From NCBI GenBank assembly GCA_004375675.1, contig SOKR01000167.1:1-27495 (forward strand): 27,495 nucleotides of DNA. The letters run 5' to 3'. The DNA is from Dehalococcoidia bacterium (GTDB lineage: Bacteria; Chloroflexota; Dehalococcoidia; Dehalococcoidales; BS750m-G39). The notes beneath the pieces were generated by a model. The model saw only the letters and a list, made by a program, of their open reading frames with translations. It did no database searches and was not told where the DNA came from. Made by a program: the position numbers and the translations under genes. This document shows positions 8,650 to 16,332 of this stretch, piece after piece (within the stretch, counting starts at the first letter, position 1; every line of letters starts with the position of its first letter).

Positions 8650-8695
8650 CCCCGCTTTTTACGGTTATTAGAGGAGGGCTGGCGTTTTTGTTTAG

Positions 8696-8914
8696 CTAAT
8701 CCTTTACCTTGGTCTCTTTCTCCAGTACCTCGGATAGAGCCCTGTAGCCCTCGCCGCCAAAAGACTTGAACTGCAAGGTAAGCAGCTCTGAGTATTTAAA
8801 GCCCTTGGAGTTAATCCAGTCCCTGTGGACCTTATCGCCCCGCCCGATCATGTGGCGGGATAAATCAAGGGCGCTGCTCGAAACCTTGTTGCATACAGGA
8901 CATTGATAACTCAT
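8696..8914 (-). CDS. Small C2H2-like zinc-finger protein, function unknown
   Basis: CPVC-x12-H-x8-H pattern; SD GGAGG upstream; last gene of the minus-strand operon. Confidence 0.75.
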   Translation of the reverse strand: MSYQCPVCNKVSSSALDLSRHMIGRGDKVHRDWINSKGFKYSELLTLQFKSFGGEGYRALSEVLEKETKVKD

Positions 8915-8948
8915 AGATAAAACCTCCGATAAAGCTTAGGTCAAAGCC

Positions 8949-11228
8949 TTATTTAGCCTTCTTTTTCTCCTTTTCCCTGAGGGCCTTGAAGACCTTCTCC
9001 GGGGTTATGGGCAAATCGTTGATGCGAACACCGACGGCTTTGTAGATGGCGTTGCCGATAGCGCCGGCGGTGGGATTGGTCAAGCCTTCACCGGCTTCCT
9101 TGGCGCCGAAGGGACCCTCGGGCTCGTAGGTGTCAATTTCCAGGATCTTGGTCTCGGGCATATCCAGGGAGCGGATGAGCTTGTAATCGGCAATGGATGG
9201 ATTGAGTATCTTGCCATCGTCCATGGGCTGGTCTTCACAGTAGCCGTAGCCGCCCGCCATCATGATGGCTCCTTCCAGTTGCCCTTCGATGCCGACGGGG
9301 TTGATTACGGTGCCGCTTTCGTGGGCGGTGGTGACGTAGACCAGCTTATAGCGGCCCGTCTCTATGTCCACAGCCACCTCAACCGCCTGGACGCCGAAGC
9401 TGTAGGCGGGGGATATCATGCCCTTGCGGTGGGGGGTATAGTGTCCGCGGCCCATGATAGCCACGCCGTCTTTGCCCCTTATCGCCTCTTTAACGATATC
9501 GTAGTAGGATACGCCTCTTTCGGGGCGGGCGACGATATGAATCCAGCTATCTTTGATGTCCAGGTCGTAGACGATGTTAACGCCCATCTTGGCGGCGGCG
9601 AATTCCATAATCTGGTTCTTGCAGTCTTCGGCGGCTCTCTTGACGGCATTGCCGCTCATCAGCGTCTGCCGGCTGCCCCAGGCACCGAGGTCGGGCGGGC
9701 AGATGCCGGTGTCGCCGGAGAAGACCCTGACATCCTCTAGTTTGATTCCCAGCTCTTCGGCGCAGATCATAGCCAGGGTGGTATTAGAGCCCTGGCCGAT
9801 ATCGCAGGCTCCAGTATAGACATCGACCTTGCCGTCTACGTTTATCCTGACCACAGCCGCCGAGAAGGCGTAGGGGGTGTTGAACCAGTTGAAGATACCG
9901 CCGGACATAAATCCGTAGGAAGCCACGCCGATGCCGTGGTTGGGGGGCAGTTTGCCCCGCTCCTTGATGTGCTCGTCAATCTTGTCTAAGCACTGGTGCA
10001 GGCCGCAGCTCTGGATAAAGGCCTGCCCGGGGACTTCGTAGTTGGGGGTCATGCCGTTCTTGCGCCTGATTTCGATGGGGTCTATGCCCAGGTCCTCAGC
10101 CATCATGTCGAGCTGGGATTCGCCGACAAATGTCGACTGGGGAGCACCGAAGCCGCGCATGGCTGAGGTCGGTGCCGTATTGGTATAGACCCGGTAGCCG
10201 TCATAGCGGTAGTTGGGATACTTATAGGGGAACGAGGAGAAGAAACCGGTGAGATAGAGCGCGGTAGCGCCCATAGACGTATAGGCACCGCCCTCAGTGA
10301 TGACACGGGCTTCTTTCGCCAGCAGGGTGCCGTCTTTCTTGGCGCCGAGCTTGAGGGCGTAGTACATGGGGGTGCGGCGCTTGGTGGCGGTAAATTCCTC
10401 TTCTCGGGAGAGGACTATCTTTACCGGCTGGCAGAGTTTCTGGGAGAGTATGGCGGCGCAGAACTGAGCCGAGTCAAGCTCGAACTTGCTACCGAAACCG
10501 CCGCCGGTGTGGCGGTTTATCACCCTGATGTCGCTCTCTCTTATATCCGTCATATCGGCTAACAGGCGCTGGATGTAGTATGAAGATTGAGTGGAGGTCC
10601 ACACGGTGAGCTTGCCGTTGTGGCCGAAGCTGGCCACGGCATCGTGGGTTTCCATGCAGACGTGCGCCTGCGAAGAGCACTTGAACTGGTCTTCGCGGAT
10701 ATGGTCGCACTTCTTGAATGCCTCGTCGACATCGCCCCACTCGATATGGCGGGTTATGTTTATATTAAGCTCGACGCCGTCGTGAACCTGTGGTGCGTCT
10801 TCTTTAATGGCTTCCATGGGGTCGAAGACCGCCGGTAGCAGGTCGTATTCAACATCAATTAAGTCCAGCGCCTCCTCGGCGGTGTCTTCGTCGATGGCGG
10901 CTACCGCTGCCACCGCGTCGCCGATGTAGCGGACTTTTTCGCGGCAGAGGATTTCCTCATCACAGAGTTCGGGGAAGCGTCGCCAGATGCCCTGTTTGTG
11001 CCCCAGGGTATCCTTGCCCGTAACCACCGCCTTGACGCCGATGAGCTTTTTGGCCTGACGAGTATCAATCTTGAGAATCTTGGCGTGGGGGTGGGGGCTC
11101 CTCAGGATTTTACCGTAGAGCATGTTGGGCAGAACCACGTCGAAGGTGTATTTGGCACTGCCGGTTACTTTTTCCGTTCCGTCAATGTTATGTACCCGTT
11201 GACCGAGTACTGAAAACTTAGTAGTCAT
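8949..11228 (-). CDS. Xanthine dehydrogenase-family molybdopterin-binding (large) subunit, HcrA/CoxL-like
   Basis: EKVTGSAKY, ILRSPHPHAKI, GGGFGSK, SAMRGFGAPQ, DIGQGSNT, WGSRQT, GPFGAKEAGEG; ATGA overlap with the small subunit. Confidence 0.92.
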   Translation of the reverse strand: MTTKFSVLGQRVHNIDGTEKVTGSAKYTFDVVLPNMLYGKILRSPHPHAKILKIDTRQAKKLIGVKAVVTGKDTLGHKQGIWRRFPELCDEEILCREKVRYIGDAVAAVAAIDEDTAEEALDLIDVEYDLLPAVFDPMEAIKEDAPQVHDGVELNINITRHIEWGDVDEAFKKCDHIREDQFKCSSQAHVCMETHDAVASFGHNGKLTVWTSTQSSYYIQRLLADMTDIRESDIRVINRHTGGGFGSKFELDSAQFCAAILSQKLCQPVKIVLSREEEFTATKRRTPMYYALKLGAKKDGTLLAKEARVITEGGAYTSMGATALYLTGFFSSFPYKYPNYRYDGYRVYTNTAPTSAMRGFGAPQSTFVGESQLDMMAEDLGIDPIEIRRKNGMTPNYEVPGQAFIQSCGLHQCLDKIDEHIKERGKLPPNHGIGVASYGFMSGGIFNWFNTPYAFSAAVVRINVDGKVDVYTGACDIGQGSNTTLAMICAEELGIKLEDVRVFSGDTGICPPDLGAWGSRQTLMSGNAVKRAAEDCKNQIMEFAAAKMGVNIVYDLDIKDSWIHIVARPERGVSYYDIVKEAIRGKDGVAIMGRGHYTPHRKGMISPAYSFGVQAVEVAVDIETGRYKLVYVTTAHESGTVINPVGIEGQLEGAIMMAGGYGYCEDQPMDDGKILNPSIADYKLIRSLDMPETKILEIDTYEPEGPFGAKEAGEGLTNPTAGAIGNAIYKAVGVRINDLPITPEKVFKALREKEKKKAK

Positions 11229-11704
11229 TTCGCCTCCTTATACTCACCCTTAACCACGGCGGTTATGGCCCGTATAATGCTGTTGTAACCGGTGCAGCGG
11301 CAGATGTTGCCGTCGATGCCCTCTTTCATCTCTTCCTTGGTGGGCTTGGGGTTTTCCGTCAGCAGTGCCTTGGACGACATCAGCATTCCCGGGGTACAGA
11401 AGCCGCACTGGTAAGAACCGTGGTCGAGGAAGGCATTCTGCAGGGGACTCAGTTTGTTTCCTTTAGCCAGTCCCTCCACCGTCACCAACTCGCTGCCGTT
11501 GGCCTGGATGGCCAGCACGGAGCAGGACTTGACCGACATGCCGTTGAGCATTACGGTGCAGGCCCCGCAGGAGCTGGAGTTGCAACCCCGCTTGGTTCCG
11601 GTTAAGCCCAGGTCGTCTCTTAAGACCTCCGAAAGCAGGGTGTTGGGTTTGACAAAAAGGTCGTAGGGTTGGCCGTTAACTTTGATTTTTAGCTCTTTTT
11701 TCAT
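11225..11704 (-). CDS. 2x[2Fe-2S] small subunit of a Mo hydroxylase (CoxS/HcrC-like)
   Basis: GCNSSSCGACTV, SC, QCGFCTPG, GNICRCTGY. Confidence 0.95.
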   Translation of the reverse strand: MKKELKIKVNGQPYDLFVKPNTLLSEVLRDDLGLTGTKRGCNSSSCGACTVMLNGMSVKSCSVLAIQANGSELVTVEGLAKGNKLSPLQNAFLDHGSYQCGFCTPGMLMSSKALLTENPKPTKEEMKEGIDGNICRCTGYNSIIRAITAVVKGEYKEAK

Positions 11705-11721
11705 ATCATCAAACCTCTCTA

Positions 11722-12591
11722 TTAAGCCTTCTTAGCGTTGGCCATGGCCTCCCTAGTTAGTCTGGGGACCAGGACTTTAATCAGCTCGCGCCGATACTCT
11801 TCCGAGGCGTAGATGTCGGATATCGGGTCTGCCTCGGTAGCAGCGGTCTCTCCGGCTTGCGCCAGCAGGGCGTCGGTAATCTTTTTACCCTTTAATACCG
11901 CTTCCGCCTTCTTGGGCCTCATCGGGGTTGGCGCCGATGCCCCCAGGACGATGCGGATATCCTGGCAGCTGTCGCCCGCGCCCAGGGTAACCGATACGGC
12001 GACCCCGACCGTGGCCAGGTCGCTTTCAATAACGTTGAATTTGGTGTAGGCGGTGCCGCTGTTGGGCGGGACGATGGGCAGGGCAATCTCGGTAAGCAGT
12101 TCGACCGGTTCCAGCGCGGTCTCGAAGTAGTCCAGGCAGAAGTCCTCCGCCGGCATACTCCTTTTGCCCTTGGAGCCAGCCATCGTCAGGGTGGCGCCCA
12201 GCGCTATCAGCACCGGTAGGGGGTCGCCCGCGGGGTCGCCGTGGCAGACATTGCCGCCGATGGTGCCCCAGTTACGGGTCTGAATTGAGGCTAGACGGGT
12301 TTCCATCTTGGCCAGCACGGGGTATTTTTTCTTGATGACCGGTGATTTCTCGATGGCCCGGTGGGTGGTGGTGGCACCGATTTTGAGCCCGTCTTTTTCG
12401 TCTTTGATGTAGCTTAGCTCGGATATGCCCTTGATATCGATCATGTAGGGGGGGGCGACCAGTCCCTGCCGCATCAGGATCAGCAGCGATTGCCCGCCGC
12501 AGATTACCTTGCAATCATCCTGGTATTTATCCAGCAGGGCAAGGGCTTCTTTGAGCGTCTTGGGAGCAAAGTGTTCAAAGTCTTTTATCAT
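11722..12591 (-). CDS. FAD-binding medium subunit of a Mo hydroxylase (CoxM-like)
   Basis: GGQSL, GTIGGNVCHGDPAGD, 289 aa; no Cys-rich [4Fe-4S] insertion. Confidence 0.94.
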   Translation of the reverse strand: MIKDFEHFAPKTLKEALALLDKYQDDCKVICGGQSLLILMRQGLVAPPYMIDIKGISELSYIKDEKDGLKIGATTTHRAIEKSPVIKKKYPVLAKMETRLASIQTRNWGTIGGNVCHGDPAGDPLPVLIALGATLTMAGSKGKRSMPAEDFCLDYFETALEPVELLTEIALPIVPPNSGTAYTKFNVIESDLATVGVAVSVTLGAGDSCQDIRIVLGASAPTPMRPKKAEAVLKGKKITDALLAQAGETAATEADPISDIYASEEYRRELIKVLVPRLTREAMANAKKA

Positions 12592-12615
12592 TCCTAAGCC
12601 TCCGTTTCCATTTGT

Positions 12616-13074
12616 CTAGCCACCCACCTGGCTCTCTAGTTTCTTTTGCAGGTTGCCGGTGAATTCCGCGCCTACCTTTTTGACCTTGGCGCGCATGATT
12701 CTCTCGCCGAAGACAGCCAGTCGGCCCACTATGTTCACTTTGGAACTGTAGGCAACCTCAACCTCGCCACCGGCAATCTCTTTGAGGTCGACGATGGTTT
12801 CCTGGGTAAAGGTGCCGGCACTGCCCATGGCTGAACCCCGCCCCACCGCCTTGAGATGCTTGGGCGGCTGGACATCGCTCAGGGTCTGGGTGAAATTTAG
12901 TTTGACGCTTATGGGGCCCACCTTCTGCTTGACGATACCTTCCCAGGTCTTGTCGTCGACGGCTTCCATTTTCTCGGCGCCGGGGATACAGGAAGCCAGT
13001 GTGCCTGGCTCCATCAGAAAGTCCCAGACCTTCTGAATCGGCGCTTTCATGGTAAACTTCCCTTCGATTAACAT
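12616..13074 (-). CDS. CoxG-like SRPBCC/START-fold protein without a C-terminal membrane anchor
   Basis: VWDFLMEPGTLASCIPGAE, KVGPISVKL, GRLAVFGERIM; 152 aa; SD AAGGAGG. Confidence 0.88.
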   Translation of the reverse strand: MLIEGKFTMKAPIQKVWDFLMEPGTLASCIPGAEKMEAVDDKTWEGIVKQKVGPISVKLNFTQTLSDVQPPKHLKAVGRGSAMGSAGTFTQETIVDLKEIAGGEVEVAYSSKVNIVGRLAVFGERIMRAKVKKVGAEFTGNLQKKLESQVGG

Positions 13075-13100
13075 TTTGGGCTTCGCCTCCTTTTTACTCT

Positions 13101-13325
13101 TTACAGCATTTCATCAATGTATGGGTCTTTGGTCAGTGTGGGGAGGGAGGGCATGGTGAACTTACCGTTGGACCCCGTCTTTGACAGGGGCGGGTTCTTT
13201 AACGCTTCGGGTAGACACCCCCGGTATTTTTCGCAATAACACAAAAGATAGTGCCTGCCCCTATAGACGGGACAGTCCTTGCATATAGTCCCCGAAAAGG
13301 GGCACATCATTTTCGCCTTAGCCAT
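13101..13325 (-). CDS. Small Cys-rich putative metal/Fe-S-binding protein, function unknown
   Basis: CPFSGTICKDCPVYRGRHYLLCYCEKYRGC (6 Cys and 1 His in the first 37 aa); fills the gap between co-oriented genes; SD is weak. Confidence 0.7.
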   Translation of the reverse strand: MAKAKMMCPFSGTICKDCPVYRGRHYLLCYCEKYRGCLPEALKNPPLSKTGSNGKFTMPSLPTLTKDPYIDEML

Positions 13326-13368
13326 TAGCGCGGTTCTTTCTTGTTACTTTGTTATCCCAGCCTATATT

Positions 13369-13396
13369 TTTGCATACTATAGAGTGACTATGCAAA
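13369..13396. repeat. Intra-operon inverted repeat
   Basis: TTTGCATA-N12-TATGCAAA in the 81-bp gap after the second flavoprotein. Confidence 0.6.
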
Positions 13397-13406
13397 TCTT
13401 TGGAGG

Positions 13407-15011
13407 TTATGAGCTGGGTTTTATCTCCGGACTTTCCCAGTCTTTCATCGGCCTCATCCACTCCGCTTTTTCGACGAACTCATCGTGCGCCAGGGGCACC
13501 GGCGGGTGGCAGATGAACAGCGGGTCGAATTCGTCTTTGACCTTGAGCAGCCAGGTGTGGTAGTTAGGCCCGTAGGCGGGCCCGGTGAGGTACAGGGGCT
13601 GGTGAGGTCCCAGCAGCGAGGTATAGAAGCGCTTTCTTATGTTCTCCTTGGATGTCTCCAGGTAGAAGTGGTCAACGCCGTCAGTGTTTACGTCAGGGTC
13701 CCAGTAGACGAGGAACTCGGAGTAGCCCTGGTGGCCCAGCTCGAAGCTCTGGAACCAGCCGGGGTCGCCGTAGTCGGGCATGAGCGGCGGGGTGAATTTC
13801 TTTTTCAGCTCGGCGTAGTTTTCTCCGTGGGGGATGGCGTGTTCCAGGGTCTCGATGACATAGTCCACCGAGATATAGCCGCCGCACATCAGCCACATGC
13901 CGGCCGAGTCGGCGTTCTTGAACCAGGACTCGTCCGAGGGGCGGGTGCGGCGGGCTTCGCCGCCGAGCTCGGTTATAATATCGTTGAGTATCTTCTCTTC
14001 GTATTCCATCTGCTCCTCGGAGGTAAAGGCGATGAGCAGCACGCGCAGGAGGTGAAAGCTGCTGATGGTTTCTTCGCTTTCCTTCGACCAGATATCCCAG
14101 TAGTCCTCTTTGCAGCTGGCCTTGGCAATAGCCCGCCAGAATATGGGAACCTTGGTCACCCCACCCCCGATTTCCGCCTTAGCCATCTCGAACATAGCCT
14201 TTTTCATGGAGTCCTTGCTGGGCATGGTGAAGTTTATCCATTTTACCCGCTTGATCGGAAGCTCGAGGGTGGTGTGGGGTGAAATCCCCGTCGGCTCCAG
14301 TCTTTCGGGCTGGAAGGGCAGGAGCTTTATCGCCATCTTGGTTACGATGCCCAGGCAGCCCCTGAGCCCGGTAAAGCCGCGCAGCAGTCCCCTTAAGTCG
14401 GGTCCGGGGCCTTCGCCCCAGAATGAGTCTTCATCGGTTGCCAGCGAGCCCATCAGCACCAGTTCGCCGTCGGGCAGGACCAGTTCGGTGCCTAATATTC
14501 GGCGGTGGGGCAGGCCGATGCGGTAGCTTAAGGGCGACCAGCCGTCGCCTATCATATTGGCGATGGCGGAACACTGCGAGCCTCCGCCGCCGACAATAGT
14601 ATACATACCGCGGCTCATCGCCTCTTCCTGGAGCTGGGAGTAGATAACGCCGGGGCCCACCGTGACGCAGAGGTGCTTGTCGTCAATCTCGAAGTCGTCC
14701 ATCCGCTTCAGGTCGACCAGCAGCTCGTCATCGACATGGCAGTGAGAACGGGGGCCGTACCAGCCGGTGCTGTAGGGGACATAGGGGACTTTATAGCGAT
14801 TGCAGGCCTTGACTATCTTCTGGACCTCTTGGGTAGTCCGCGGCATAATGACGCAGCCCGGTATCTTGGTCATTACCCTCTCGTAGCCCAGCCCGCATTC
14901 ATAGCCGCCAGGCCCGGAGCGATAGCCTTCGCAGACCACGGGGTCGGACGAGATATATTCTTTACCAACAATAGCCTCCAGGTCTTTATATGCTTCTTGG
15001 GATATAGCCAT
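13407..15011 (-). CDS. FAD-linked oxidoreductase, VAO/PCMH-like family (534 aa)
   Basis: MPRTTQEVQKIVKAC, LVDLKRMD, VGPGVIYSQL, GTELVLPDGELV, GPGPDLRGL, GIVTKMAIKL. Confidence 0.85.
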   Translation of the reverse strand: MAISQEAYKDLEAIVGKEYISSDPVVCEGYRSGPGGYECGLGYERVMTKIPGCVIMPRTTQEVQKIVKACNRYKVPYVPYSTGWYGPRSHCHVDDELLVDLKRMDDFEIDDKHLCVTVGPGVIYSQLQEEAMSRGMYTIVGGGGSQCSAIANMIGDGWSPLSYRIGLPHRRILGTELVLPDGELVLMGSLATDEDSFWGEGPGPDLRGLLRGFTGLRGCLGIVTKMAIKLLPFQPERLEPTGISPHTTLELPIKRVKWINFTMPSKDSMKKAMFEMAKAEIGGGVTKVPIFWRAIAKASCKEDYWDIWSKESEETISSFHLLRVLLIAFTSEEQMEYEEKILNDIITELGGEARRTRPSDESWFKNADSAGMWLMCGGYISVDYVIETLEHAIPHGENYAELKKKFTPPLMPDYGDPGWFQSFELGHQGYSEFLVYWDPDVNTDGVDHFYLETSKENIRKRFYTSLLGPHQPLYLTGPAYGPNYHTWLLKVKDEFDPLFICHPPVPLAHDEFVEKAEWMRPMKDWESPEIKPSS

Positions 15012-15030
15012 GATTTAGCCTCCTTAGCCT

Positions 15031-16320
15031 CTAGATTGCCGCCAAGATAATCTCGGAAATATCGAATACCTTTAACTTTTCGCCGTCCTTGCTGGCGGCT
15101 TGAGCGAAGTTCTCTTTGCACCAGGGGCAGGTGGAGACGATAGCCTCAGCCCCGATGGCTTTTACCTCTTCCAGCCTTTCCTTGGCTGCCCAGGAAGCGA
15201 AGTCGGGGAAGGCTTCCTTGGTGCCGCGGCCCGCGCCGCAGCAGAAAGCGTTTTCTTTCATTCTTATCATTTCCACCAGCTCGACGCCGGGGATAGCCTG
15301 CAGGATATCTCGGGGCGGCTGGTAAACGCCGTTGGCGCCGCGCCGGCGTTCCAGTCTGGGGCTTACCATACCCCACTCTCCACGCTCACCCTCCCAGGGA
15401 GTCCAGGGCTCGCTCAAGCGGCTCAGGCTGCAGGAATCGTGATAGGTCAGGCGCAGGTTAACCTTCTTCTTTAGTTTAAGCGAACCTTTCTTGACCAGTT
15501 CGTCGACGAATTCCACCAGGTGGACCACCTTGAAGCCAAGCTCGTCGGTGGAGATATCGAGCAGCTTGGGGTAGTCGACCTTCCACATTCGGTAGCCTTC
15601 GGCGCAGCTGAGCAGCAGGGTCTTGGCGCCCGTCTTCCTGACCTCTTCGATGTTGCGCTTGGCCAGCTCCCTCGCCTCATCAACCATGCCCACCGAGTAG
15701 AGGATATTGCCGCAGCACCACTCGTCGGGCATGAGCATGAACGGAGTGCCCGAGGCCTTGAGTATCTTTACCGTCGATTGGGCAATCTCGGGGCTGGTGT
15801 AAGCCGCCGAGCAGCCGACGAAGTAGAGCACATCGGCCTTTTCCGCCGGTTTGACGTCGCCGGGCAGCCACTTGTTGCGATTGGCGTGGGGGGAGCCGAA
15901 GCGGTTATGCTTTTCGGCTATATTCTGGGCCACCTTTTTGTGCTGGGGCATGGGGCCCTTGCCGTCCTGGACCGCCTTTATGCGGAGCGCCTCGAGGGTG
16001 AGCTCTATTTCCAGGTCGAGGTTGCGCTTACAGCCCACGTCGCAGGCGCCGCAGAGGGTGCAGGCATAGAGTATCTTGAGCAGTTCGTCGGAATATTCCA
16101 TCCTGCCTTCGAGCATAGCCGTCCCGATTCTCATCTTGCCGTAGGCGCCGTAGGAGTCGAATAGATACCTGGTGGCGCTGGGGCAGCGGGTGCTGAAGGT
16201 CATACCGGGCATGTAGATGTGGTCGACCCAGGTGCACCCCTTGCACTTGATGCACTTGCTCATATCGTATTCAAAATTATCTAAGTTGGTTACATCCAGC
16301 TTTAATTTGCCTTTGAGCAT
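15031..16320 (-). CDS. Ferredoxin plus double-CCG Fe-S oxidoreductase (GlpC/HdrD-like)
   Basis: CIKCKGC..(insert)..CP and CTLCGACDVGC; YFVGC..CCG..SCAEG and YHDSC..CCG..TCPWC CCG motifs. Confidence 0.9.
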   Translation of the reverse strand: MLKGKLKLDVTNLDNFEYDMSKCIKCKGCTWVDHIYMPGMTFSTRCPSATRYLFDSYGAYGKMRIGTAMLEGRMEYSDELLKILYACTLCGACDVGCKRNLDLEIELTLEALRIKAVQDGKGPMPQHKKVAQNIAEKHNRFGSPHANRNKWLPGDVKPAEKADVLYFVGCSAAYTSPEIAQSTVKILKASGTPFMLMPDEWCCGNILYSVGMVDEARELAKRNIEEVRKTGAKTLLLSCAEGYRMWKVDYPKLLDISTDELGFKVVHLVEFVDELVKKGSLKLKKKVNLRLTYHDSCSLSRLSEPWTPWEGERGEWGMVSPRLERRRGANGVYQPPRDILQAIPGVELVEMIRMKENAFCCGAGRGTKEAFPDFASWAAKERLEEVKAIGAEAIVSTCPWCKENFAQAASKDGEKLKVFDISEIILAAI

Positions 16321-16332
16321 CTTTAATCCTCC

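Noticed and set aside
8949-12591. Bona fide 4-hydroxybenzoyl-CoA reductase
   Set aside because: The FAD subunit lacks the Cys-rich [4Fe-4S] insertion of HcrB.
8949-13074. Aerobic CO dehydrogenase (coxMSL + coxG)
   Set aside because: The large subunit has an AMRGFG loop, not AYxCSFR (form I) or AYxGAGR (form II); no coxD/E/F.
13279-13563. 94-aa hydrophobic ORF on +
   Set aside because: It overlaps two operon genes in antisense and has no SD; its hydrophobicity reflects the T-rich intergenic sequence.
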